Below are positions 28,123 through 37,500 of a stretch of DNA of 64,000 nt, piece after piece. Every line of letters begins with the position of its first letter. The first letter of the stretch is position 1. Position numbers and translations under genes: made by a program. The DNA is from Chitinophagales bacterium (lineage in GTDB: Bacteria > Bacteroidota > Bacteroidia > Chitinophagales > JADJOU01): positions 5,515 to 69,514 of the forward strand of contig JALOMB010000002.1 of the NCBI GenBank assembly GCA_025455685.1. Reading direction: 5' to 3'. The notes beneath the pieces are model-generated. The model did not search any database and had not been told where the DNA came from. It saw only the letters and a list, made by a program, of their open reading frames with translations.

Positions 28123-28176
28123 AACAATAAAAACAACCTACAAATCCTAAGTAGGCAATGTTTCAAGTATTATAAT

Positions 28177-28509
28177 TTATTCTAAATCTTCTTTAATCGT
28201 TGCAATAGGGGCGTTTTTCATTACAGATGCCACGCCATTGTCCCTAGCAGCTTTGCTTTCATAATTTTCGCTAGATCCGATTACTTGACCATTAGTTGCT
28301 TTTAGGTTAAATCGAAACTTCCCACTTTCTGTTTCTTTTAGTTCAAATCGATTTTCGTCCGTTGCGTTTTTCATTACGGATTCTACACCATTTTTGCATG
28401 CTGCTATGGTCGTATATCCTTCAGAAGTAAGGATGATTTGACCGTTTCCTGCTTTCAGATTAAACTGAAATTCACCGTTTTTTCGTTTTGTAATTTCAAA
28501 AACTGCCAT
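28177..28509 (-). CDS. YegP family protein (tandem DUF1508/UPF0339 repeats)
   Basis: Two repeats of the pattern G.F.FNLKA.NGQ.I..SE.Y....A..NG..SV..NA. Confidence 0.8.
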   Translation of the reverse strand: MAVFEITKRKNGEFQFNLKAGNGQIILTSEGYTTIAACKNGVESVMKNATDENRFELKETESGKFRFNLKATNGQVIGSSENYESKAARDNGVASVMKNAPIATIKEDLE

Positions 28510-28533
28510 AATTAAAAGTTTTAAAGTTAAAAA

Positions 28534-30477
28534 TTATTGAATTATAAATTTATATGATTTATTATCGATTCTAAGGAAATAAATTCCTGAACTTAGTTTT
28601 AAAGTGGATAGCTTAATCGTATGATCTGATATCAGCTCACTAGGAAGCTCACAAAGCTGCATTAAAGCGTTAAAGCATTGAATTTTAGTCGAAGAATTAA
28701 AGTCCAAACCTTTGATATATAATGATTCATTGGGTTTTAGCAAAGTAGGATATAGTTCAAATTCTTTTTCTGACAAATCTGATAAAGCATTAGATTTGAA
28801 AGTAACTTTGTAGGTACAGAGGTTTTTGTCTAAAATGGTTACATCACTTACCGGCTTATCTGAGAAGTTTTTATTGGTCGCTGCACTATTGTTCCATTGA
28901 TATTGATAAGGTGGTGTGCCTCCTGAGACATTTATCGTTATTTTTGTGTTGGTCTCTTCAATAGTATGTGAAAAATCAGGAATTCCTGAATTGAAATAAT
29001 ATTTAGTGATTTCATTGTTTGTCGTATTTGTTATTTCTATGAAATTTACTCCATTGTCTATTCCAAAAATCTCTTGGGTAAACGGAAGTTGGCCATTTAG
29101 TTTAAATGAAAAATTTGTTGGTGGCGTACCGATTACTTTTAGGCCAGAATTCTCAATATTATTAGGACATTCGGGTTTAATAACTTCGAAATTGATATTA
29201 GTGATAGAAGATAATCTAAAGGTATTGATTTTACTAGCATTGTCCAAGCAAAAATTCATTTTGTTATAAGGAATCACTTGCCAATAGAGATATTGATTGG
29301 TTACATTGCTTAAGTAATTTGAAATATTCAAAAAAGTATCTTTGATAAAGGTATCAACTAAAGTCGATGAATTCGGAAAATTATAATCTGAACTATAAGT
29401 ATTTGAACCTCTAGATAAAATAATAAAATACCCTTGAGCATTTCCTACTCGATTAAACGATAGCGTTAAATTCTGTCGCAATAATCTATCCGTAGTAGAA
29501 TTTTCGGGAATTGTGTTAGAAATTGAACTGATACTTGGTATGCTTGAATAATCATACAAAGCCATATCTTTTCGCTCATTGAAGGTCTCAAATTTGGTAT
29601 CCATGTGGTCTTTTTGTTGCTGTGAAAATTCTGTTTGACAACCATCATTGCTATAAGACATAAAATTGCTGCCATTTAACACAAATGAAGTGCCTCGTGG
29701 GTCTACAAAAGTAGGGTTGTTAACACTACAGTTCCATCTATCCGATAAATAATCGGGATCAGTATCACAAAATAAATCACCTCTAGAGGTGCAATTAGCA
29801 AACTGTCCTGTACGAACTGCATTTTCTCTTAATCCAGGATTTAAAGTATTAGTCGAACTCGAATAACTCAAACCTTCCCAGCCGGAAAATGTATGCGGCA
29901 AATCCAGCCAATGTCCCATTTCATGGATTAAAGTAGTGGAATTTAAACCAGAACATGAAGTATTGGTTTTTGAGCCTTTGATATAAATTGCTGAACGATT
30001 TTGTGAAGTACGAAATATATTTGGTCTATAAGTATAACCGCAAGCTCCATTAGGATTGTCGACGAAATAAACGTTGCAATGTTTAGAAGTATTAAACTGA
30101 TTAAGTGTTCTTTCATTGCTATTTGTGATACTATAGAGGCTTGTATTGTCGATATATGATATCGTATCTAAAACAAATACAAATCTTGTGTCTTTGTATC
30201 TTTCATTAAGGTCACAATGATTTCTAATTAGAAAATATGGCGAATAACCACCTGTCTTATCTGAGCGTCTAACAATATGATAATGTATGGGAATATATAT
30301 GGTCTTTCCAGAACGCTGACGAATAAAATCAGGAGCGAGATATGGTCTGCCACCAGTAAGTTCCATTTCTTTTAACCATTCTTCATTTGGCTTGTCTAAA
30401 GTACCACATTGACCAAAGACAAAGGAGCTTGTAGCAAAAAAGAAAAACAGTAACCCTAACTGAAAAAATGATTTCAT
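28534..30477 (-). CDS. secreted zinc metalloprotease (M43 pappalysin/cytophagalysin-like) with T9SS C-terminal domain
   Basis: Signal peptide from ATG 30477 (MKSFFQLGLLFFFFATSSFVFGQ), HEMGHWLDLPHTF zincin motif, C-terminal SSGIYFLRIDNKSYKFIIQ sorting domain. Confidence 0.75.
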   Translation of the reverse strand: MKSFFQLGLLFFFFATSSFVFGQCGTLDKPNEEWLKEMELTGGRPYLAPDFIRQRSGKTIYIPIHYHIVRRSDKTGGYSPYFLIRNHCDLNERYKDTRFVFVLDTISYIDNTSLYSITNSNERTLNQFNTSKHCNVYFVDNPNGACGYTYRPNIFRTSQNRSAIYIKGSKTNTSCSGLNSTTLIHEMGHWLDLPHTFSGWEGLSYSSSTNTLNPGLRENAVRTGQFANCTSRGDLFCDTDPDYLSDRWNCSVNNPTFVDPRGTSFVLNGSNFMSYSNDGCQTEFSQQQKDHMDTKFETFNERKDMALYDYSSIPSISSISNTIPENSTTDRLLRQNLTLSFNRVGNAQGYFIILSRGSNTYSSDYNFPNSSTLVDTFIKDTFLNISNYLSNVTNQYLYWQVIPYNKMNFCLDNASKINTFRLSSITNINFEVIKPECPNNIENSGLKVIGTPPTNFSFKLNGQLPFTQEIFGIDNGVNFIEITNTTNNEITKYYFNSGIPDFSHTIEETNTKITINVSGGTPPYQYQWNNSAATNKNFSDKPVSDVTILDKNLCTYKVTFKSNALSDLSEKEFELYPTLLKPNESLYIKGLDFNSSTKIQCFNALMQLCELPSELISDHTIKLSTLKLSSGIYFLRIDNKSYKFIIQ

Positions 30478-30526
30478 AAAAATAAAATATAATTCAAAGA
30501 TAATCAAAAAAAAATAAAAAAGTACT

Positions 30527-31573
30527 TTAAAATCGATTTTCTACATAAACAGACCATTTTTCTATCAAAAGCATCATATCTTCAGGCAAAATAGCCTCAA
30601 AGCACATTTTTTCTTGATGTTTAGGGTGTATAATCCCAAGGGTTGCTGCGTGAAGTGCTTGACGAGGACATACTTGAAAGCAATTATCAACAAATTGTTT
30701 ATATTTGCTAAAAATAGTACCTTTGCAGATCTTATCTCCACCATATCTTTTATCATTGAAGACCGGATGGCCTATGGAAGCCATATGAACTCTAATCTGA
30801 TGCGTTCTTCCTGTTTTGAGTTCACATTCTATTAAAGTCACATAACCAAAACGTTTTATTACTTTGTAAGCTGTATAAGAGTATTTTCCATAATTTTCAT
30901 CTGAATAACTAGCCATTTTCTTACGGTCGTGTTTATCTCTGCCTATAAAGCTCTCTACGAAACCAGTTTCATCTAACAAATCTCCCCAGACTAAAGCGAT
31001 ATATTTTCTTTCGTTGGTTTTGTCAAAAAATTGTTTCGCGAGAAATGCTAAACTATATTCATCTTTTGCGACTATCATGACGCCACTTGTGTCTTTATCT
31101 AGCCTATGAACAATTCCTGGTTTGACCGTATCTTTTGATTTGGCTAGTTGCGCTACATGATAGAGTAGAGCATTGACCAAAGTTCCTGTGAAATTACCTA
31201 CTCCTGGATGTACCACCAATCCAGGCGGTTTGTTTATCAAGAGAATCTCTTCATCTTGATAAATAATATTCAAAGGGATATTTTCTGGTTTTATCGATTC
31301 ATAGCCTAGTGGCATTGGAATTTGTAAGAAAATCTCATCAAGAGGTTGAACTTTGTAGCTAGCCTTTACAGACTTCCCATTAACCATAAGACTTCCGGCC
31401 TCAGCGGCATACTGAAACTTAGTCCTAGATATTCTTTCGACTCGATTAACTAAAAATTTGTCGATACGAATAGGCTCTTGGCCTTTATCTACTATAAGAC
31501 TAAGCTCTCGAGTAAGTAAGTCGTCATCGGAGGTATCTAATGACGATGAAGAAATGTCATCGAATTCTACCAT
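30527..31573 (-). CDS. rluD: RluA/RluD family 23S rRNA pseudouridine synthase
   Basis: S4 domain (RIDKFL), HRLDKDTSGV catalytic motif, GRTHQIRVH. Confidence 0.85.
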   Translation of the reverse strand: MVEFDDISSSSLDTSDDDLLTRELSLIVDKGQEPIRIDKFLVNRVERISRTKFQYAAEAGSLMVNGKSVKASYKVQPLDEIFLQIPMPLGYESIKPENIPLNIIYQDEEILLINKPPGLVVHPGVGNFTGTLVNALLYHVAQLAKSKDTVKPGIVHRLDKDTSGVMIVAKDEYSLAFLAKQFFDKTNERKYIALVWGDLLDETGFVESFIGRDKHDRKKMASYSDENYGKYSYTAYKVIKRFGYVTLIECELKTGRTHQIRVHMASIGHPVFNDKRYGGDKICKGTIFSKYKQFVDNCFQVCPRQALHAATLGIIHPKHQEKMCFEAILPEDMMLLIEKWSVYVENRF

Positions 31574-32559
31574 TTAGTTTCTGCAAGCTTGGCTTTCAGT
31601 TGCTCTATTACTTTGATATCCATAGCATCTACGTGTCTCAATTCTGCTAAATGTATAGAAAGAATATCTCCAAAATGAATAAAATACAATGTATGTTCGA
31701 TTAGATTTGAACCTTTGGCATGAATATTAAAGACTTTAGGCGTAAAATTTCGAATAACGGCTTCGTTGATTTCTTTTCTTTGTACGTTTCTACCGTAATC
31801 ACTAGGTGAATTTAAAAAAATCACACTAATATTGTCATGTTTATCACGCCACCCGACCATTTCGTTGTGATTCATTTCGGGAATTACATGATGATTACAG
31901 AGCATTTTTGAGTTTTCATTGAGTTGCTGACGATAGCGAACCACTACACCTTCAAATCGCTCATCCGCATATAAAATTGGCATTGTTTGCGCAATTTCTT
32001 TTGCTAAAACCAAAGCTTCTTGGTCTATATCATTTTGGACTTTAGTTAAAAATTCAGGAATTTTTTCTAATTCAGCCTCGATTGATTGAGGCATAATCCC
32101 GTGAAATGTCAAAACACGACATAGCTGTGTCATAGAATAACCTAAACAAGCTCTTGGAGGCATATCACCAGGAATTTGGATAAAATCGATTTGATTTGCT
32201 CTAGCAAAATCAAGCATAGCACCACCACTTGTAATCACAGATACTTTTGCCTGTCTGTCGTGTGCCTGTTTCAAGATATTTAGCGTTTCTTCTGTGTTGC
32301 CACTATAGCTGCAACACACCACCATAGTTTCTTTATCAACAAATTGATTTAAAATATAGCCCTTATTAATTACAATTGGGCAAGATGATTTGTCAAAAAT
32401 TAGATTAGATACTATAGATGCACCAATACCGGAGCCGCCTAAGCCAGCTATAAGGACTTTATTTATTTTGCTTGAGTGTTCATTGAGTTGGGCTGCTTTA
32501 GCTATTTCTAGAGCTGCATTCATTTGTTTTGGAAAATCATAGATTAATTCACGCATCAT
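31567..32559 (-). CDS. SIS-domain bifunctional phosphoglucose/phosphomannose isomerase-like protein
   Basis: GLGGSGIGA and SYSGNTEET SIS motifs. ATG at 32559/32556 is preferred over the listed 32589. Confidence 0.55.
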   Translation of the reverse strand: MMRELIYDFPKQMNAALEIAKAAQLNEHSSKINKVLIAGLGGSGIGASIVSNLIFDKSSCPIVINKGYILNQFVDKETMVVCCSYSGNTEETLNILKQAHDRQAKVSVITSGGAMLDFARANQIDFIQIPGDMPPRACLGYSMTQLCRVLTFHGIMPQSIEAELEKIPEFLTKVQNDIDQEALVLAKEIAQTMPILYADERFEGVVVRYRQQLNENSKMLCNHHVIPEMNHNEMVGWRDKHDNISVIFLNSPSDYGRNVQRKEINEAVIRNFTPKVFNIHAKGSNLIEHTLYFIHFGDILSIHLAELRHVDAMDIKVIEQLKAKLAETKW

Positions 32560-32629
32560 AATATTTAATTTTTTACGCAAAGATAGCAAAAAAAAATTAT
32601 TTTAGCGAATCAGATTTCTATAATTAACT

Positions 32630-32986
32630 ATGGATAAAAAGCATTTAAACCACGAAAAAGGTAAAGAAACACAAGAAAAAGCCAAGCAGTTTTTGCTCGA
32701 CAAAGGATATACTTTGAAATATGAAAACCTGCAATTTTCTCATTTAGAAGTAGACTTAATCATGATGCATCAGGACACCGTTGTATTTGTGGAGGTTAAA
32801 TTCAGAGCTCGATATGGTGATATTAAAGAAATTATTACGATGCAGAAACAAAATAATCTTATTCAAGCTTCTCAATTATATAAAATGAGATACAATTATG
32901 AAGGAGAAATTAGATTTGATGTCGTATTTTTGTATTATCAAGATGAAGAATTAATCATAGAGCATTATGAAGACGCATTTTATTAA
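32630..32986 (+). CDS. YraN family (UPF0102) endonuclease-like protein
   Basis: GKETQEKAKQFLLDKGY...EVDLIM...VVFVEVKFR, a PD-(D/E)xK-like core typical of YraN. Confidence 0.75.
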   Translation: MDKKHLNHEKGKETQEKAKQFLLDKGYTLKYENLQFSHLEVDLIMMHQDTVVFVEVKFRARYGDIKEIITMQKQNNLIQASQLYKMRYNYEGEIRFDVVFLYYQDEELIIEHYEDAFY

Positions 32987-33983
32987 TGTTATATGCATAG
33001 GATTATTTTTGTTTTGCTCCTGCCAAGAAACTAAAAGTCCGAAATTATCTTTGAAACCCTCTTTTCGTTTAGATTCAATAGACAGAAGACTTGAAATCAT
33101 TGATAATCCTGAATTATTGAGCTTTCTTCCACAAAAAAAATATCAAAGAATCGCCGTACTCGGGTCAGCTTCTTATGCTTTTTTACAAGTTCTTAATCTA
33201 GATTCAAATGTTGTAGGTGTCTCTAAATATCAATATTTTTATAATTTATCACGACCTAATTTAACTCAATATGGTGATTTTCATAATCTCTCTTTACCAA
33301 AACTCATTTCTGATCGAATTGATTTATTAATTATAGAAGAATTTGAGTTACAAAACCTAGATAAAATCAAAGCTATACAAAACTTAGGGATACAAATACT
33401 TTTATTTAAACCTTATCTTTCCGCTACACCATTAGAGCAACTCGATTGGATACGTGCTTTTGGTTTTATTTGGAATAAGGAAAATCAAGCAATAATGTTT
33501 AAAGATTCCATAGAGAAAAACTATAAAGATCAAATTGAGTCATTTAAAGATTTAAATACTCAAAAGAAATTCAAAGCAGTTTTAGGGTTGCCCTATGAAA
33601 ATCAATGGTATGGAATAGTTCATTCAAGCTATATCGCACAAGTTTTATCGGAATTAGGAGTAGAAATATTAAATGCTGTAAATACGTCAGGCCAAACCAT
33701 AGAAACACTTAAAATGATTGAGTTGCTTGAAAAAAGCGATTTCTGGCTCCATCCTTCTGATGCATATTCATTTTCGGATATGAAACTTAAAATCCCTTTT
33801 GATTTTAATTATAAAAAGCCTATTTATAACAATAATAAATTATTCCCTAAGGGTGAGGGCAATAACTATTGGCAAGAAGGCGTGACAAGACCTGACTTAA
33901 TAGTGCATGATTTAATTAGGATAGTTTCAGGAAATCATCACAATGATTCCTCATATTTTTATCTACAGATTAAGAATCAATAA
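32967..33983 (+). CDS. periplasmic substrate-binding lipoprotein (BtuF/iron-siderophore PBP type, tentative)
   Basis: Lipobox LFCSC. Overall alpha/beta pattern (RIAVLGSASYAFLQVL...DLLIIEEF) like cluster A-2 binding proteins. Confidence 0.45.
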   Translation: MKTHFINVICIGLFLFCSCQETKSPKLSLKPSFRLDSIDRRLEIIDNPELLSFLPQKKYQRIAVLGSASYAFLQVLNLDSNVVGVSKYQYFYNLSRPNLTQYGDFHNLSLPKLISDRIDLLIIEEFELQNLDKIKAIQNLGIQILLFKPYLSATPLEQLDWIRAFGFIWNKENQAIMFKDSIEKNYKDQIESFKDLNTQKKFKAVLGLPYENQWYGIVHSSYIAQVLSELGVEILNAVNTSGQTIETLKMIELLEKSDFWLHPSDAYSFSDMKLKIPFDFNYKKPIYNNNKLFPKGEGNNYWQEGVTRPDLIVHDLIRIVSGNHHNDSSYFYLQIKNQ

Positions 33984-34044
33984 AGTTTTTGTTAAAAAAA
34001 ACAAATCAAATTAAAAAAGATATGTCGATTTGTTTTTTTTGTAT

Positions 34045-34052
34045 TATCTTTG
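34045..34052 (+). promoter_or_regulatory. -7 promoter box TAtcTTTG(CAA) for initiator tRNA
   Basis: TAnnTTTG ending 6 nt before the tRNA 5' end. Confidence 0.55.
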
Positions 34053-34058
34053 CAACAT

Positions 34059-34131
34059 CGCGAGGTAGAGCAGTAGGTAGCTTGCCGGGCTCATAACCCG
34101 GAGGTCACAGGTTCGAGTCCTGTCCTCGCTA
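34059..34131 (+). tRNA. initiator tRNA-Met (anticodon CAT)
   Basis: Unpaired 1:72 (C1/T72), three consecutive G-C pairs closing the anticodon stem (CCGGG-CTCATAA-CCCGG), T arm ACAGG-TTCGAGT-CCTGT. Close to E. coli tRNA-fMet. Confidence 0.88.
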
Positions 34132-34143
34132 CTAAAACTTTTA

Positions 34144-34172
34144 AGCCCATAATTGATATTGTGGGCTTTTTT
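34144..34172 (+). terminator. rho-independent terminator after initiator tRNA
   Basis: Stem AGCCCATAAT/ATTGTGGGCT (one G-U pair), loop TGAT, then T6. Confidence 0.7.
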
Positions 34173-34217
34173 ATTGGATAAAACTTAAAATTTTCAACAC
34201 AAATAATTTTTTTTGAT

Positions 34218-34225
34218 TAGTTTTG
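34218..34225 (+). promoter_or_regulatory. -7 promoter box TAgtTTTG(CAAA) for the second CAT tRNA
   Basis: TAnnTTTG 16 nt before the tRNA 5' end. Confidence 0.5.
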
Positions 34226-34241
34226 CAAACTTGAAAATCTT

Positions 34242-34315
34242 GGCGAGGTAGCTCAGTTGGTTAGAGCGTCGGATTCATAACCCGGAGGTCAGGGGTTCAA
34301 ATCCCCTCCTCGCTA
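34242..34315 (+). tRNA. tRNA with CAT anticodon (elongator Met or lysidine-modified Ile2; undecided)
   Basis: Cloverleaf GGCGAGG/CCTCGCT (G1-T72 wobble), D arm GCTC-AGTTGGTTA-GAGC, anticodon loop TTCATAA, T arm AGGGG-TTCAAAT-CCCCT. Confidence 0.8.
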
Positions 34316-34343
34316 CATTTTACCAATAAAAACTCACCTTTTT

Positions 34344-34952
34344 ATGTCTTTTACGCAGAATTTTTCAAAAATTTTTCATGAAAGTATACTAAACTACCAT
34401 TTGCAAGAAGCCTTGTTAGCTGAATGTCACAATCCATATCATGAAAATACGCTTGATTTTTTATTGTATCATAAGAATTGGATAGACAATATTCAATGGC
34501 ACTTAGAAGATGAAATCAGAAGGCCAGATATAATGCCTGAGTTTGCCCTAGATTTAAAAAGAAAGATAGATAAATGGAATGATGTCAGAACAAATATCGT
34601 CGAAAAAATCGATGATTTTTTGTTTGAAGAATTTAAAGAGGTCATACTCCATAACGATTCAAGATTGGCGACAGAATCTCCCGCATGGGCAATAGATAGA
34701 TTGTCGATACTCAGCTTGAAGATTTATCACATGGATTTTGAAGCGAATAGAGCAGAGGATACTGAGGAATATCGACAGAACTGCGGTCAAAAATTAGCCG
34801 TCCTAAAACTCCAAGAAAAGGACTTGTGTCTAGCGATAGACCAATTAATAGCTGGATTAAAATCAGGCGACATCCAATACAAGCGCTATCGTCAGATGAA
34901 AATGTATAATGATGAAAAACTCAATCCTGTTTTGCGAGGTTTCCAAAAATGA
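34344..34952 (+). CDS. DUF4254-like protein (conserved partner of GT9 genes in Bacteroidota)
   Basis: About 200 aa and Trp-rich (NWIDNIQWHLEDEIR), overlapping a GT9 gene by 4 nt. Family assignment is from memory. Confidence 0.5.
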   Translation: MSFTQNFSKIFHESILNYHLQEALLAECHNPYHENTLDFLLYHKNWIDNIQWHLEDEIRRPDIMPEFALDLKRKIDKWNDVRTNIVEKIDDFLFEEFKEVILHNDSRLATESPAWAIDRLSILSLKIYHMDFEANRAEDTEEYRQNCGQKLAVLKLQEKDLCLAIDQLIAGLKSGDIQYKRYRQMKMYNDEKLNPVLRGFQK

Positions 34953-35950
34953 AATCAATCGCACTATATCGTCTGAGTGCATTTGGCGATATCGCCATGA
35001 TTACGCCTTTGATTTTAGGTCTTCTCGAAGAAAATCCAGATCTTCGAATTCTCTTTGTTACGCATCCCAAGGCGAAAGTATGGCTTAGCGATATTCCTAG
35101 ATTGACAATTTACCCATTAGAAAAAAAGAATTTTTATCGAAGCTTATTTGATTTATACAAAACACTCAAGCTACATCAAGTAACTCATTTCTTTGATTTG
35201 CACGCATCGATTAGAAGTTTTGTATTGAGAATTTTATTAAAAATTTCCAGCCAAATTAAAATTGGTGTCTATCAAAAAGATAGAAAAACAGAAAAATTAA
35301 TCATCGCTCAGGATTATCCGGGAAAAGAAATCATCAATATTTTTTTGATTTGGGATAAACTTTTATTAAACTTCGGATATAGAAGCAATTCAGATCAAGC
35401 TCGCTTTTTAGCTAAAGAGATGAGTAGCTCAATGAATATAGGCATTAATCCCTTATCTCTAGTGCCCTCTAGATCCTTATCAGTTGATAAATGTGCTGAA
35501 ATACTTTCTTTAATAGCCATCAAATTTCCACAAAGCAATATTTATCTCTTTGCTCAAAACATAGATTATGTAACGAGTCTTCAAGCAGCTTGTCCCGATA
35601 AAAACAACCTAATATTTCTAAATCAAATGCCATTTGAATCTGAGCTAAAAATCATAAAATCGCTGAGCATTATGATTAGTGTCGATAGTTTTTTGGGGCA
35701 TTTAGCAGCTATTCACGACATCCCCACCATAACCTTATGGGGCGTGACTCATTATCGTATGGGATTTAAGCCCTATTTACAACCCCTGGCTAATCAAATA
35801 GATTTAATTGAAAAATACCCTTTTTTCCCTATTTCTAAATTAGGAAATCTAAAAGACAATACGTACAATCATATTTTGAATGAAATAGACACCAATAAAA
35901 TTATTCAACGCATTGATGAAATTCTATTTGAAAACTATGACAAGCGATAA
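34949..35950 (+). CDS. glycosyltransferase family 9 (heptosyltransferase-like)
   Basis: N-terminal IALYRLSAFGDIAMITPLI motif and C-terminal SVDSFLGHLAA typical of GT9. Confidence 0.65.
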   Translation: MKSIALYRLSAFGDIAMITPLILGLLEENPDLRILFVTHPKAKVWLSDIPRLTIYPLEKKNFYRSLFDLYKTLKLHQVTHFFDLHASIRSFVLRILLKISSQIKIGVYQKDRKTEKLIIAQDYPGKEIINIFLIWDKLLLNFGYRSNSDQARFLAKEMSSSMNIGINPLSLVPSRSLSVDKCAEILSLIAIKFPQSNIYLFAQNIDYVTSLQAACPDKNNLIFLNQMPFESELKIIKSLSIMISVDSFLGHLAAIHDIPTITLWGVTHYRMGFKPYLQPLANQIDLIEKYPFFPISKLGNLKDNTYNHILNEIDTNKIIQRIDEILFENYDKR

Positions 35951-37499
35951 ATTCTTAGCACAACAAACCATAGTTTTGCTCAAAAACTTAGAGGTCTCTT
36001 TGGTTTTCATAGCACCTGGCTCTAGAAGCGCTCCACTTGTTTTGTCTATTGAGGGTCATGGATTTGCTTGCTATACTTTTTTCGATGAGCGCAGTCTGGG
36101 TTTTATAGCACTTGGCGCTTCTAAAGCCTTAAACAAGCCCGTAGCTATCATTTCTACAAGCGGCTCAGCTTTAATGAATATAGGCGCGTCATTACTCGAA
36201 GCAAGCTATCAAAAAATTCCTTTGATTTATTTATCAGCTGATAGACCAAAATCTCTTATCAATAAAGGAATGAATCAAACCTTCAACCAACCAAATCTCT
36301 TTTCCAATTTTATTTCACATAGTTTCCACATTGAAGACACATCAGAAAATCAAGAAATCATTAGCCTTTTTTCTAAAATTCATCAATCCTTTCGAGACTT
36401 AGGCGCTAAATCACCAATTCACTTAAATCTAGGCTTTAGCGAGCCGTTGTACAATACAATTAACATTAAATCGGAAGAGCTTTCGACGGATTTGCATCAA
36501 CTATCAAAAAGCAAACAAATAGCCAATTGTTTAAATTGTTCATATGTTGCGTTGAATAAGCCAACTATAGTCTTTATTTATGAATCGAGGTTGATTGATT
36601 GGTGTGAATTAAATGTGGATTTTGAAAAATTAGCTCAAAATCATGTTTATTTGGTTTCTGAAGTAGGCGTGCATATATCTTCACCTCTTGTAAATCCTTA
36701 TGCAGATGAGTTTTTTAGATCTTTGTATCGACTAGATGAGCATATAGATTTTCAATTGATATCAATTGGAGAAATCGCTTTAAGCAAACACTTCGGTTTG
36801 GTAAGACAAAGGTTTTTTAATGCGAAACATATAGATTTCAGCTTAAATCTAAGAGATTATAGCCTTAACATGCACTATTCTAATCATTTGTATTCAGAAC
36901 TTCCAGATTTATTTGATTTTCTAATGAGTTACTCATTTCCAAAGTTTGATAATTTCCATTTAGAAACTTCAGAAAATCTTTCTAAGGAATATTTGATGAT
37001 AGAAGAAGTCTTAGATTATATAGAGGAGGGTAGTATGGTTTTTTTAGGAAATTCTTCAGTTGTCCGATATGTCGCACAAAGTAAATTGATTCAAAAAAAT
37101 ATTTCATTTTATATGAATAGAGGCGTAAGCGGTATCGATGGAGAGTTGGCCACTGCTATAGGGATGTCTATTGCACTATCTCGCAGAATTTATGTAATTA
37201 TTGGCGATATTTCTTTTCTCTATGAACTCAATTCATTGATGATAACTCAATATATTCAAATTGAGCTTACAATTTTTGTTTTAAACAATCAAGGTGGCAA
37301 GATTTTCCAAAAAGTGGGTTCATACCCTGAAGCATTAGCTAGTTATTTTGAAACGCCGCATCATATTAATTTCCAAGATATTGCAAATTTATACCAGGCT
37401 TCCTATTTCAAAGCTACGTTAAGTGAGCTTAAAACTAAATTGTCCGAATTAAAAAAAACAAACAATCCTATATGTCTTTTTGAGCTAAAGTCCTCTTAG
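35937..37499 (+). CDS. menD: 2-succinyl-5-enolpyruvyl-6-hydroxy-3-cyclohexene-1-carboxylate synthase
   Basis: ThDP enzyme layout (APGSRSAPL, SGSALMN, GVSGIDG, GDISFLYELNSL...NNQGG). ATG at 35937 is preferred over the listed 35913. Confidence 0.8.
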   Translation: MTSDKFLAQQTIVLLKNLEVSLVFIAPGSRSAPLVLSIEGHGFACYTFFDERSLGFIALGASKALNKPVAIISTSGSALMNIGASLLEASYQKIPLIYLSADRPKSLINKGMNQTFNQPNLFSNFISHSFHIEDTSENQEIISLFSKIHQSFRDLGAKSPIHLNLGFSEPLYNTINIKSEELSTDLHQLSKSKQIANCLNCSYVALNKPTIVFIYESRLIDWCELNVDFEKLAQNHVYLVSEVGVHISSPLVNPYADEFFRSLYRLDEHIDFQLISIGEIALSKHFGLVRQRFFNAKHIDFSLNLRDYSLNMHYSNHLYSELPDLFDFLMSYSFPKFDNFHLETSENLSKEYLMIEEVLDYIEEGSMVFLGNSSVVRYVAQSKLIQKNISFYMNRGVSGIDGELATAIGMSIALSRRIYVIIGDISFLYELNSLMITQYIQIELTIFVLNNQGGKIFQKVGSYPEALASYFETPHHINFQDIANLYQASYFKATLSELKTKLSELKKTNNPICLFELKSS

Positions 37500-37500
37500 C

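Noticed and set aside
27896-28176. Whether the pyrD-yegP intergenic region with DnaA boxes is oriC
   Set aside because: It has only two or three boxes, no obvious AT-rich 13-mer-like unwinding repeats beyond the background AT richness, no dnaA or dnaN nearby, and the space is better explained by promoter, leader and terminator. This cannot be excluded without genome-wide GC skew.
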